DNA of 64,000 nucleotides from Squalus acanthias. Taxonomy: Eukaryota. The stretch covers positions 682,001 to 746,000 of the forward strand of contig JASTWF010000166.1 in assembly GCA_030390025.1 (NCBI GenBank), given 5' to 3'. Position 1 is the stretch's first letter. Every line of letters starts with the position of its first letter. Under the pieces are notes generated by a model that did not search any database, was not told where the DNA came from, and worked only from the letters and a program-made list of their open reading frames with translations. Made by a program: the position numbers and the translations under genes. This document shows positions 39,101 to 54,100 of the stretch, in pieces.

Positions 39101-42100
39101 GTTATAAGCAGCGTCTTAAAGGAGAGAGGGGTAGAGGCGGAGAGGTTTAGGGAGAGCCTTCCAGAGCTTAGGGCCTAGGCAGCTGAAAACACAGCTGCCA
39201 ATGGTGGAGCAATTAAAATAGGGGATGCGCAAAAAGGCCAGAATTGGAGGAGCGCAGAGGGTTGTAGGGCTGGAGGAGGTTTCAGAGATAGGGAGGGTGA
39301 GTCCAACAGGAACTGGAGGGCTGAATTAACTTAGGCAGGTGAACATGATCACAGAAACATCCAAGTTTTCCGCATGCCTCTCGATTAATGCTACATTGGT
39401 GCAGCTCCTCACACTGCTTTGCTCGGCAATTCTGACAAGATGGCTGCACCAATGAAGCCATATATTTTCAGTTTAAGGAAGGGGAGGGAATGCTTTCAAA
39501 AAAATAGTAACTGGAAAGAAATATGAAATTTAATCACAATTTTTTAAAACTGGTCCTAATGGCAAGACTATTAAAAAAATATTTTCAGGATTTGGGGCCA
39601 AGAGGGAAGTACCAACACCACTCACCAAAAAAAATCCATGTGATTAAGTCTAGATCTGAATTAAATATGAAGGTTATGCGATTACACACCTGCAGGTAAT
39701 TATGACTTTGGGTGATAAAACAGGTAATATCAGATCAGCCGCCCATTATACATCTGTCAATGGAATAGAAATCAGGAGATATATATAGGCTGACTTATCC
39801 AATATCACCCGTTTTACACTATCGCCCAAAGTCAAAATTATATCCTTAAATACTCAGAATGCCTTTTTCTCTGATCATGTCATTAGCAATCTACACATGA
39901 ATGCTACTAGGATGTAGGTTATCCAAACAATTTTCTTGTACTTTCTACTGATACTCTTTAGTAGGTGAAGTGCAGTACCTGCATCTGCTTGTAGTTTCTT
40001 GTCTCCCACGTGGACAATAGTGCTGCTGTAACTGCACTGGCTGGTGACACTTGCTGCCTTTCTTGGTAAGGAGAGTGGGGTCAGGGGAGTGCCAACAACT
40101 GCTCCAGTGGGCACCTCTTTTGTAGACTTAAATGGAACTCGGACAGTCTGATGTGGTAATGGCGATGCTTCTGCCAAAGTAACAGAAGATTCAATATACA
40201 ACTGATGAAACTTATATTTATTTTTATTTGGTTGCCAAAGTTATTATTGAGTAGTATCAATTAATGTGAAGAATTCAACAGCTGTAGCTTTTATGTGTCT
40301 TCCTTGCCATTTACAATCTTAAGCGAAGTATACATATTTTGCATGATCATTTTTGCCTGCAGAAGCTGGGAACTCCAAGGAAAGTTCTGCTGCAGGTCAA
40401 GTGTTCATAGTTACACTTTTATTGTAATGGATGTCCTTGTGGAACAAACTTTGATTTTGTGACAGGAGCCATAAACAGCTTGGGGTTGGTATACAGGCAG
40501 CAATAGAAATGTTGGTATCTGGGGTAAATATGCATTAATGATACTTTTAAGGCTAAAATACTGCAGAAACCTTGTGGCACCATCACCCTTGCCGATTAAA
40601 TTATTGACTTTCAGTAAAGTCAGAAATGTCAAATTATTCTACACATACTGTACGCTTGCTGGCTCATTTTCAACGAGACAAAGCATTTCAAAGTCAGTTT
40701 AGGTAAAGATCAAAATAGTATGAAATACCTTTTGCCACCTGCACGTTATGAACTTTTTGTTTGTCATCGTCAGATGCTGATGAAGACTCACACTTCCTTT
40801 TCACAGTGCTTGGAATACTGTAGCTGTCCAAATACCTGCATATGCAAAGAAACAAAAATCAACTATGCTACAAGTAAAGACACAGGTCTATTTATATCCC
40901 TCCCCTTTAAAATAGTCTATTGCCACTATACAACCCCAGCTCCCAAAAAGGGGTAATGACAAAAGTGTGGCATTTTATATGACTGCTTATTTGGTGAAGG
41001 AGCAATAACTGCATTCAGGTCTTATAAGGCACAAATGTGTCAGTGTAGCTCAATGGTAGCACTCTCGCCCAAGTCAGAATGTTACAGGTACAAGCCTCAT
41101 TCCAACCCTTGAACACAATCTAGGCTGATGCTTCAGTGCAGCACTGAAGGAGTGCTGTATTGCCAGAGATGTCTTTCAGGTGAGACATTAAATGGAAACC
41201 ACATTTGCCTGTTGGATGTAAAAGATCCCATGATACTTTTTCCCCCAAAGAGCAGATGCTCGTCCAGTATCCTGGCCAACATTTATTCCTCAGCCAACGC
41301 CACCAAATCAGACTAACTGGCCATTCATCTTACTGCCATTTCTGGAACCTTGCTATGAGCAAATGGGCTGTTGCACTTGCCTATAATACAACAGTGACTA
41401 ATTCATTGGCTTTGAAAACTTTGGGATTCCCAAGGATGTGGAAGGTGCTAGCAAGTTTCTTAGACAAAATTTTCTTTAGCTTTATCTGGTACTCCTTTAT
41501 AGTTTCAAAACTAAAGTTGGCCACATGCTTAATGTTGGGAAAAGCCATTGAAATCAACAGATTTTAAAAACTTTTTTTTGGCATTAATGCCACACAATAT
41601 AAAATCCCTTCACTCATTTTTGTGATGGCATTATCTTTGACAATGTCATTGAAAGATACTGTAGGATTTGTTAATACAATTTTACTGCAACTTGTACAAC
41701 ATGGATTTGTTGACCTGGGCAGTATATCTAAAAGAAGGGTGTTTTTGAAAGTATGCAAATAGGCTACAACAGCCCTTAAAAAATGAGACCCCATCTGCAT
41801 ACCTATGGGAACACAACCACTAGTCCAGGGTCCCACTCACCTTATTACACTGTCCAAGCAGTTGATTTGCTGATAACAATATACAGGCTGTTCCTTGCAT
41901 TTCGACTCATCCACAAGCATGTTCTTTACGACACTGCTGGGCGCAGCACCCTTGGATGGGCTGACTTTAAAATCTTTGGTCTGGCCGCTTGCCTCTTTAT
42001 GTTGTGTTACTGCAAAATATATGTATTTTTAGAATTAGAACAAGCTATTTCCAACATGAAGCTTAAAAAGAAACTGTAACATAACTGTAGAGGTGAAGTG

Positions 42101-45100
42101 ACTAGACCCTTTGGCCAAGACGCAGCCTAATTGGGTTATTTTCAGAAAAATACCCCTCACTTAAAAAGGAAAAAAAAACGATTTAGCTAGATCGACAGTT
42201 TCGTAGATGCTAGAGATTTAAGAAACATTTAAACAAATTATTTAACATATACAATTTAATATAAATTCCTTTATATTTCTCCAAGTTACAAAGTGTCCCT
42301 AAATTGAGTTTGAATATCCCCACTGGCACTTTCGCAATACAGCTGCTACAGGATGTGTGAATATGTGCGATCTTTCTGATCTACATGCTTGGGGTAGGAA
42401 CACCATTTCAAAAGAATCCAAAGCTAAGAAATGTCAGTTTAAAAATTAATTTTTTGGATTATAGGCAAACCTGTGTTAAAAATGAATTTGAAAATGTAGG
42501 TAGTGACTTGTATTGTGGTATGGCTCCTGGGATGCCAGCTGTTTTTCAGTACATTATCCAACTGACCGTTCTTCATGGTCAGCGAGTACTGACAGACTAT
42601 TCAACCATCATGATGAGTGCAGGATTGAGACGTTTAGCTACAATTTTCAAAAATTCTGCTTTTAAATAATTTAAAGTACTATGTGCAACCTGGTTAATAC
42701 TCTATTTACTGGAAATGCACTCCCGGAGGTTACACAGCACATGTACTTTTGGAATAGCATTCACATTTTCACAGATCTGAAGATCTTTCCCTATAGTTTG
42801 ATTTTTTTTTAAAGCAAAAAATGGGGAGAGGCGAGGAGAAATCAGAAATTATTTTATGTATGATGTTTTTTTCCTAATAGAGTTCAGGTAATGACACTTC
42901 CTATTTAAAATGACTGTCCTTCAAATACGGGTCATGAAACTGTAGTCCCTCATGTTGTCAAGCGTACTTCCTTCCTCCTATTCTTGCTTAATGTTGTTAC
43001 TCAGGAAAAAAAATCAAAAATGACAGGAACTGAATGTTTACACACATTAGGAAAGTACACTTGCATTCAAGTAGAATTATATTTCTGGAATATTTAAAAA
43101 TAAAACGGCAGCATTTTCACATTGTTGCTTTTACTGTGGTTTTCCAAGTGACCCCAAACTACTGCAGCCCGCCCACATAAACTGAATAATGTTCCTCCAC
43201 GTCAACTCTATGCAGCTACCAGACATGAATAGCTGCATCTGCAACAGCTGTGTTTGGACTCAAACACATGTACAAAATCAAGATGCATTGGAGTCAAAAT
43301 TATTTCAAGCCAATTTATTACGCATGTCTAGATAATGACTGCAAAATAATTAAGCCCATTACCAGTTTTGTGTCTGCGCTTTGATTCACTCTTTACTCTG
43401 CTCTCAATGAATATTGTTTGTCCTTGATTTTTCACCAGGTGCACATCCTTACAAATTTTCTGAAACGTCATCTGAAAGAAGGAAACAAAGGATTGAAGGC
43501 CAATAATTTTCCTCTAAAATTACTGAATTTTGTATAGGAGCAGATTCTGCTTTTGAGAGATGACAAAACTACACAGAATGAGACAAAAACACTTTTCAAA
43601 ATTCAGGATGTACAAGATTGAAAACTCAAAAACTAAATGAAAGCTTTGATGGTACAGAATCATTAAAGCACACTGTACTGTGTAACATTTTTACATTGCT
43701 TGAATTCAACTGGCAAATAGTATTTTTAGCTCTACTGATCAACATTCTAATTAGAAGGCGTCAGCCTTGTCTCAGTGGGTAGCACTCTCGCCTCTGAGTC
43801 AGAAGGTTGTGGGTTCAAGCCCCACTCCAGAGACTTGAGCGCATAATCTAGGCTGACATCGCCGTGCAGTACTAAGGGAGTGCTTAACTGCTGTCTTTCA
43901 ATGAGATATTAAACCGAGGCCCTGTCTTCTCTCTGTAAAAGATTCCCTTGCACTATTCGAAGAAGAGCAGACGAGTTCTGGCCAATATTTATCCCTCAGC
44001 CAACATCAGTAAAACAGAGAATCTGGTTAGGTATCTTGTTGCTGTTTGTGGGCAAAATTGGCTGCTGCAAGTCCCTTCATTGCAGTGACTACACTTCAAA
44101 AAGTACTTCATTGGTTGTAAAGCGCTTTGGGGCATCCTGAGGTCATGGAAGGTGCTATATAAACGCAAGTCCTTTCCTTGCAAGTCCTTTATAAGGCCAT
44201 CATGACTCATGATTAGACATCTCTACAATTCTAGAATTTTACCTAGAACAAATATTTCCATTACTACTTAAGCTACATTAATTTAATTGGCTTTCTGATT
44301 GACTAGTCTTTAGTTCTATTTGCTTAAAGTGCCGAGGTTTCAGGCTTGTAGATGGACTATGCCAACAACTATTTTTTTTTGCTGACTGCAAATATTTATA
44401 ATTAGTAAATAACATCAAAAGCATTATTCAATTCCCACAAAACAGACATTAAATGAATACTAATAGCTTCCTATTAAAACACTTCAATTTTGCATAGGTG
44501 GTATAAACCAAATGCTCAATGAGGAACCAGGAAATAGACACGGCATTTATTTCTCTTTTTGATGAAGAACTTGCAAGTTCTTCCTCAGATTTAATACAAA
44601 TAATGCACTCTGACCCATAACAAACCAGAAGGTTCTAGGTCTGACCCCAGTCTGAGCTAAGTTAGCGGATATCAGCTAGGATGGCAGCTGTGTTCTCTAA
44701 ATTGGCCTCAATGAGTCTGGGCTGTTGGGCTATGGGGGATGGGGGGGGGGGGGGGCGGTTGACGGCACAGGGAAGTTGTCACACATGGTCATTATTCAAT
44801 GGTTTCTGCTGGAAAATGCACATGTGGACACTGGATTGAAACCAATAGTGGGCTCAGCACTGATTTCCTCCATCGTAAAGTAGCTTTCCAATGCTCAAAG
44901 CTCAAAATGAAGATCAGCTGCTTGAAGTACCACAGAGCTGACAGAACCTATGTAACAGTACCCGAGCCAAAGTCAACACCATCAGGAAGGGCAGGGAGCA
45001 GAGAATTAGGGGAAAATACTTGCATTCTACAGTTCCTCGCTGAGAAACAGTTTTATATATTTGCACATGTAAACTCAATCCTTTTTCACCAACAGTTCAC

Positions 45101-48100
45101 GTAATATATAAAAGTTCAATTAGGGCCCAATTAAAATAATTGGGCTAGACTTTCAATGCCACCCAAGCAGATTGGCCGCCCGTAATAGAAACTGCCCGAC
45201 TTTAATTTCCATTAAAATCAATGCATATGTAAAGGGCTGGCCAGTCCACAACACTAGTTTTATGCCTGGGCGACAATCTACCGTATTTTGTTTGCATAAA
45301 CTAGGTCATAACAGAGATCAAACTTACAGGCTTGTCCCAGTGGCTCCCTTCAGTGATGTTGCCATTACTATCGCTGGAAGAGGCTATACTCATGAACTGT
45401 GCATGAGATCCATTACTGCCCAAACTTCCGTACCCACTGGAACCATTGTTGTAAACTGGCTAAAATGGTAAGGATAAAAGTTTTAATAGGCATTCAATGT
45501 ACTAATCAGACACAAATCATGTTTACATTAGAATACACCATGAACAATGTGAATTAGTTATACCTGTAGCAAGAGCTGATGAATCTGTTCAGTGATGGTC
45601 TGTATTTCAGGATTGAGCGTCTTCACTTCAGTCAACCCCGGAGTAACAAATACATCTTCATTCAAAGGACCCCTACATATTTTGAAGGTTAAGGGGAGAT
45701 TTTGTGCAGTGAGCATCCTTTTTATATCATTTAAAAACACTTTTCTGTAGATTTCTGATGCACGTGATTTCAAATACTTAACATTTTGAAGGTTATTTTG
45801 TTGTTATAAAAGTCATCGTTTGACGGTTAAGCATTCATAACAATAGACCACTTCTAATTTGGTTACTTGGATACTAGGACAGTAACTCTGGTCAGAGCAA
45901 CAGCGGTCAGAAACAACAATCGCTCCGTGATTTCTGTCCCTAACTTCATTCCAAATGGAAGAAACCCCGATCAAACAGCTAAACTATACTCCAAAAAAAT
46001 CATTTATTTTAAAGCTAGTTTAAAAAAAAAACAAGTTGATTATCTAACAGTTGTGATACATGGTCATTAATTCAGGAAATTTTGGGATTGATAGATGAAA
46101 ATTTTCCTTCCACATTCTCTCTCTATCTTCCTCCTGCTTCTCTTGCACCCAGCCACAGCTTACAATTTCTGCAACCCCTGGAGTGTCTGACCAACATCCA
46201 TGTGCTATAAATTGCTCATAACCCAATTGAAAACAATAATGCAGGGGAGAAAAAAACCCACACTTTTACACTGAAGCAGGAGACGCAAAAAAAAACCCCT
46301 AGGATTCCATTTAAAATAAAAAGTCCAAATGTCAAGTTCGATCAAATCATGAACATGTTCGTAAAAAAAGTAAAACTACTTACGTTCGGACTTTGTGCCT
46401 TCCAATTATGAAGGATACTTTTCTGCTCCAAGGATTAACAAAGCTTGACCAACTGGTGTCAATTGTGATGTATTCACCATTCTGAGTGCAGAATCGGACA
46501 GGTGAATGTTCAAAAGGTTGTCCAGCATGTTTCAGTACTGAAAGAATGAGGAACATGTTAAATAAGACTAAATTAAACCAATTTCCTTACGTCTGGTAAC
46601 TCAATAGCCAACAATTAATTAACCACTCAAACCAGAATGCTTAAATCTTGGAGTGATTGCATATTTTTGCATCATTAAAAACCTCATGGAACTAGCAATG
46701 TAATTCTTACTAAGGTATAACCTCCTTCACCAACCATTTAAAAAAAAAACAGTAGTTAGAATCAAAAAAAATGGTACAAGAGTTTAATACTAAACTAAAA
46801 TTTGACCGTATCTACACTGACTGCATGAAACACATGTAGAGTAATGACTATCCTTTCTTGAGACACTGAATTCATATAGGAATAGGAACAGGAGTAGGCC
46901 ATTCAGGCCCTTGAGCCTGTTCTGCCAATCAATTAGATCATTGGTGATGATCTGAAGCAAAATATCAATTGAGTTTTACTTCATTACGTCTCAATATAGC
47001 TCCTTTAGAAATTCAAGCTATTAGTTCTTACTATTGGAAAGAACGCATTGCTGCTGGTAGCAAATGAGTCCCATAGTCGATGTGGGAGGAAACTACATGG
47101 TACAATAATCATACATGGATTCGGGAAAGAAGAGACTTGATGAACTGAACTGGCCTTTTCTCATGTTTCTTAATTGTGGACACAACTGCTGCCAGCAGTA
47201 ACTTGACTTTCCAGCCTCTGGCTGCAAACAAATTCCAATTTTTCCATTTACATTAGCACCAATAATAAGTAGTCATCACTGGCCCCCAAAATGGGGAGAG
47301 GTTACTTAACCCAACCCACATAGAAAAGGGGACTGGCACCATAAGCCAAGACATGAAAAGTTTGAAAATTGGTCAGTCTTCCCCATGCTGGTTTAATTTA
47401 ACATCTTGGCCCTCTCTTCCTGTCCTCTTCAGTTCATCTTCATCCCCCAAAAAATCAATACACCAGCCTGATCCAATTGAAATAACATCCACATAGCTCA
47501 TGCTGCAGTAGGTATCTCTGGTCTGTTCCTTAGGAAAAATTGCTGACATCACTATCAGATTTATAGTAGCCAATCTGTTCCTAGGCAAGGAGAAAAATCA
47601 TGCTTGCCAATTTTTTTTTTTTAAATAGCATCAACAAACTTACTTTTCTTATGAATGCCTAGCATCAAAGGTTGATCATCAGGGTGCAGATGCATCAGCA
47701 CAGGTGTTCCTATGAGGTCCTGAGGCAAATAACCCAACAGAGGGACAGCCCTTTAAAAGAAAATGTAACATTCTGATATTCTGCAAAATGCACATCTACA
47801 ATAAGATTTTTTTTTAAGTGTAAAATGTCAAGTCTGTGCTTTGATACACAAAATAATGGACAAAAAGCACACAAACTGGGCAAACAGAACTGTAGTCAAA
47901 AACCCACTAATTTTGTAGATAATAACAAAGGAAACACCAATTTGGTTGTCATGGTAACATTTTGTTTCCCCAAGTTGGATATTTACCACCTTACTTCCCA
48001 TCCCTCAAAATCTATTCACCACCTGCTTGTCCCTCCTATAGGTCACAGAGTGGTGTACTTCATTGTTAAATTCAAGGAAGCGGGAGAAGGCAACTTAAAG

Positions 48101-51100
48101 ACGACAATTTGGCTTGGGGAAGAAAAACGGGAGGCAAAGTGAGAAGTGAATGAGGAAACCATTTTTTTTTGGAAATGATGAACAGTTCCGAATTATTCAA
48201 ACTGGTATTTTGTACCATTCTCATTAAAAATGTAAACATTGCATTTACACCATTTGGCCAGTAGGGGACATTGCAAACCACATACAAAGGCAGGTTTTCA
48301 AAACATTTTTTGGTCACCGAGAGGATAACTACTTATTTAGAATTAATAGTTTATCGGAACTTTAAAAAAATATGGGCTTGAAATTTTAGTAAAGAAAGCA
48401 CCAAGCTCTCCTTAAGTTGTTGTAAATGGTTTTCAAACCAATATGCATGTAAGAAATCTTAAGTAGTGCACTCATACCTCTCATCAACATCCTGGAACAC
48501 GCAGCTGGGTGTGTGAGTCGTGGTAAAAACCCGCTTATCATGAGGGATTCTTGGTGCTGAAAAAGGGTTATTTTTTTCAATAAAATTGGCAAAGACATAA
48601 AAATAGACATTGCAATTTTAAAAAGTTAACAATGTTGTGTACAATTTTGCTATTTGAGTCCACTTGGCTAAATTAGCCTGGGATCAGACCTCCATTATTG
48701 CAAAACAGCTTTCTAATGGCATCTAGAAACTAAAACTCTTAAAATATAATGCTCAACCCAACAATTCACATCTCCATGGTTTTACTCAAACACACTTGAA
48801 TACATAGTTAATAGACATGTCAAATGAAGTTTGTGTATATAAAAAAAATTCATACAAAATTTAAAACCTACTAAAACTTTAGAAATCCAAAATATTAATA
48901 ATTATTTATTTACTGTGAACTGAAAGTAATCTCACTGCACAAATATTTACAAATTATGGAATGTTATCTATCATTTTGGTGAGAATAATGTCCTCTATAA
49001 TCCTGACTGATAACTGATACATTTGCACTATACAGTCTTGATAATATCAAACTGCGTTATATTGAAGATCTTCCTATAAATCCAAGTTTCGGCCTGGTCC
49101 CATTCTCTAGAATAAAATTGTACTGAATTTTACTTTGATATGTCAAAGTAAAATCTCAATATATCAAAGTCATTTGTGGCTTCACTCAACTGTACGGACC
49201 TGTTTCTCATCCGATCCCATTCCCCTGGAGTATCTAGCTGGTCTCCCAACTGTCCTAGGTTGCTGCAATCAGTCGGAACAGTCAGCACTGCTTTTATGCG
49301 TCACTGGGTTTGTTGGCTGGAAAGTGGTGGGCCCAGCAGCATACAAAACAGATTTTAATAAGGGTCACTTATTGGTGGGTTTATCCATCAATAAGGAAGC
49401 AACAATGAGGCATTGTATGGGCTGTAGGAGACCAGGCCAGGAGCAGAAATCTCGATACAAAATTGGTGTTCCCTTGGACTTTAAAATATTGGAGACTCCG
49501 CTTTGCATACATTTTTGGAAATATAGATTTGTTTTATCTTGCTCTATAAAGTTGTGCAATTTGAACATTCATGGCTTTGTTTACATGTGGTACAGAGCCA
49601 GCAGTGAGATAATGAATGTATTTCTTTTTTATTCGTTCCTGGGATGTGGGCGTTGCTGGCAAGGCCAGAATTTATTGGCCATCCCTACTACTGCCCATCT
49701 CTACTCGCTCATATCTATACACATGATCAAACGCTATATGACGTATCGGTCTTGTGCTCCCAGGGTTCTGGATATGCCATGTGAAAAGTAACTGGTCAAA
49801 GTTGAATAAAATGGGTTACAAAATGTAAACTGATAACTAATAAATATTCACTTCTCTCAGGAAATTATTTTGGAGGAGGAGTGAAGCTGGCTCAGTGAGC
49901 TGAAGGAACTTTTCACCTTCCACATGTTCTTATATACAACATGTTATATTAAATCAGAAGACTCTTACCTTCATATCCCGAGTGCACCCTTTCAGCAAGC
50001 AACAGACAGCATAGTTGTTCATCATCATCTTCAGATGCTCGCACCTTTGTGAGATAAGGCGTCATACGAAAGGGATAGTAATGGATCCTGCGAACTCGCT
50101 GCTGGTCTCCACTGTGAAACAGATGCCAGCAATAAGTCCAGAGCAGGGGCCCCCAATATAATATGCACCATGAAAAGCAAGCACAGTTCCTCAATAGTAT
50201 AAAATACTCTTTAGTAGGAGGGAAGCCAAATTCTTCATCTTTAGCAAACTATAGCATTAACTGTTAAAATATGTACCATCATACACATTGTATTATTGCT
50301 AGTAAACTGTGGATTGACAATGAATTTGATGCATTACATCAGGTACTCCTTCGGTGCAGATATCATGCACCAACTACATGGTGTATCCTGGCTAACACCT
50401 ACCCTTAGAACCAGATTATAACCAGGTCAGTGAGACACAGAGCAAAAGGGGGAACAAGTACCAAAAGAAAACTACCCCCACCAACTTCTGAGCATATACT
50501 TAAGAGTGAGAAGGGGTTGAAACAGCATGTTAAACCACAAAAACAAAGCTCAAGTGGTTTGTCATCTCAATTCCAAAACAGTCTTTCAATTTCCAATGCT
50601 ACAATTCTCTTGTACATATAGTCCAATAATACATACCAAAAACAGCCAATATCACTAACAGTTTTACTTAAATTACACTGGCTTTGAATGGCAGTCTAGC
50701 AACAAGTAATCACTGCATTATATCACTAGCCAAATACTTTCTCGGCAACGACATGGTCGTCTGTTCAGTAAATAAAGTTTTTACTGCAACTTGAAAAATA
50801 TATTTCAATAATGCTTCTGTCGATCTTGAAAGGGAATTGTTTTAACTGTTCTCTCAGACAAAAAAAAAACAGGTCTGGTAAATGAAGATGCCAATGCAAC
50901 AAAGGGCCAAGGGATTTACAGTACAGTAGGACGATACAAGACCTGGGGGGGGGGCAGAAGAGAATAAATAAGGAACTTTGTCTCATCTACTAAACCCTGA
51001 AGCCTGCCTAGTCAGATTCAAACTAAAATAAAAAGCACAAACATACTCATGCACATTTTATTAATTTTAATAAAGCATTAGAAACACAAAATATGTAGAA

Positions 51101-54100
51101 ACTGTGGAGTACACTCACAATGTAAGGACATGAACAAATGAAGCCCTTAATTAAGTTGTCAATTTTGAGACGAGATAAGTGCAAACAGAACAAAACTCAA
51201 AAAGGGTATGATAGCAGATTAAAAAAGATCACACTACTCATTTACTACTCTGAGGTCACGGAAGTGTTCTGCTTAATGGACGATCCCCTTCTTGTGAATG
51301 TAAGATAATAGAACCGCACCTCCCCCTTAGTGTGGACCCCAAATCTTTCGGATTCAAGGTGCCCTTGTATTATAAATGCAAGTGCTTCAGCATACACGAG
51401 CTTTGGAAATCTTTGTAGGTAAACAGTACTTGTACCGATCAGCAGGTAGTGGAGGGAGTTTTAGCACTGAACTTTCATGTCGCACCAATTCCAAACCCCT
51501 TAAACCCAAAAAGCCACGAGTGGACATGGTGTGAATATTTAAAAAGCAAAATCGAAGGAATGCCTGGACGATTCTCACATGTTAAACCTATTATGATAAA
51601 TCTAATTCTCCTTTTCTCCACTCAGATCACATCATTGTCTATAAGATTTATTCCCAGTCTTCCTTCGCACACAAGCCTTTCCCTCCTTAGTTCACTAAAC
51701 TCCAGTCCTTCCAGTACTCACCTAATGCGGCAGAAGAAAGACTTTTCCTGCACACAGTCCGGAGGTGATGAACCTGAAAGACAGTTACAGTCACAAATTA
51801 CGGAATCACACTAAAATTGCTGGAAGGGGAGACAGGAAGGAAAGATTGTCTAAAAACTGTGCTGGTATAGTGAAGCTGCACAGAATATTCATTATTAATT
51901 AATAAAGTCTTTTGTGAAGGTCTAAGTGACCAGGTGCAAAAGATCAAATCGAGAATAGTCACATTTGGCAACAATTTTATCATCTGGTCCAATATTCTTT
52001 CCTGTGTATTTTGTCATTGAACCAGGTGTTACCAAGTTTAAAAAGAACACATTGGTAGTTACTTCCAAATGAAAAAAAGAAACACCAACATTTTCCAGTT
52101 GAGCTGTGGGGGGGGGGGGGGGGGGGGGGGGGCCCCCGAGATCCCCTGGTTTATAGGAATCAGGAGAGGCAGCGACACTGGCACTGTTGTATTCGGCTTT
52201 TTAGTTAATATGGAAGTAATACAAGGCCAGGAGCAAGGCTTCTGTATTAAGCTGAATGCAACAGTGCCACTGCCTCTCCCACTCTTGTCACCAAACTCAA
52301 AATTTCATGACCCATAGCCATTCACTTCCCATTTTGCTGCGAAGGAAGAAATTCCTTGGCGGAAGCAAATTCCCTGAAAATTTCCATGGCTGTAGAGATG
52401 AGGCACGTGTGGAAATGAGCAAACAGGTTAGATCAGGTGATGAGCAGGTGTAACATCGGGCTAATGCAAGTCACCTGTTCGAGGTTGGGAAATATAGGGG
52501 CTGATTTTCATCGCCTCTGGCTGGTGGGAACGGGGCAGTCATGAGATCTAAATAGCAGTCAATCATGTACCCCCTGACTTCTGGGTCTCTACCATTTTGG
52601 TGGGGGCCTTGAAATGGGGTCCACTGTAAATAGGCAGGAGCCTCATTAACTTATGAAAATTGGTATCCTACGCCATCAAAAAGGACCCCGTTGCAATTTC
52701 TAAGAACCAATGGACGAGTGTGCACGGCACATGATCCCCGCTGGTATTTGGCATGGGCCAGCTATCCTTGAAGGGACCACTGCAATCCACTCAAAGAAGT
52801 GGGAAATAAACATTTGTAAATAATTTTTGTGGGGCCAGAAGGAGCCCTTTCCCTGATGCTCGACCATCCCTCAATCCCAGATCCACCCCTCCAACTAACC
52901 TGCAAAGGCTAGGCTCCGCAGGGAAGCTGCTAGATTTCCCACCAGCCTCTCTGATCAGCAATCAGCTCGCCGAAGGAATACTAATGAGGCCTGACCGTGA
53001 TAATGGTTCGACCTCGGACCGCTTAAATTGGGCGGCCGATTCCCGCTTGATGGAAGCAGTCAATTGAAAATCCACCCTATGGAGTGCAGTTATGACCAAT
53101 CTCTGCAGAGACAAACTGCACAAACGGACAAGGAGACAAACTAACTCAGGCCTCAAGTATAAAGCATTATTAAGTTGATCTTAATGAATAATGCTAGTAT
53201 GATTTAATTGTGCACAACTCTAATCTATACACTTGGAACTTAGATCAATGGTGGTATCATATTTGGAATAAAAAGTGTGCAATTTTGGGCACCCTATCAT
53301 CAAGACGACATTGATAAGGCTCAGAGAAGAGTGACTAGGATTACTCTGGGATTTAGGAATCGAAGCCAAGAAAATTTAGCGCATGATCGTAGCTAAAGTA
53401 GACAAAGCAGCCTATGTGCCTGCGTCAGTACAGCATTTAGAAGACACGGGTTCAAAATGATCAAGCAAGACAAGAGATTAGATGAAACCTCAACAGACAA
53501 GTGAATACACAGAACAGACTCTCAAAGCTGCTAAAGCTGAATTAACTCCTCAATAATAACTGGATAAATAGTCATTTGGGAATGACGTTGAAGATTACAA
53601 GAGAAAGGACAGACAAAATATATAGAATCACATAGAATGTACAGCAAAGAAACAGGCCATTTGGCCCAATTGGTCCATGCTCCACACGAGTCTCATCCCA
53701 CCACACTTCCTCTAACCCTATCAGCATAACCTTCTATTCCTTCCTCCATGTGTTTATCTAGCTTCCCCTTAAATATATCTATTCTATTCACCTCAACTAC
53801 TCCATGTGGTAGTGTGTTCCACATTCTGACTACTCTCTGGGTAAAGAATTTACTCCTGAAATCAATATTGGATTTACTGAATTCCCTACTGGATTGGTTT
53901 AACCCCATTTAGAAACTTAGGGCTAAAAATTTGTTTGCCCCCAAAAACAGGTGCGGAGATCGCGATATGTGATCACCCTGCGCCCGTTCAAAGGAATTCA
54001 GGCAGCACGCTAACTTCATGCTGCCTGCTGATTAGCATGATTGTGACGTGCGGCTGAACACTCAGCAGGGGGCCCAAGTTTGTGCGAGGCTAGCACCAAT

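Noticed and set aside
43757-43835. tRNA gene
   Set aside because: The A/B boxes belong to a SINE head that continues into a Deu-like core and L2 tail.
49135-49791. 218-aa plus-strand ORF antisense to PER
   Set aside because: Non-ATG start, no recognisable domain, overlaps degenerate repeat sequence; likely chance.
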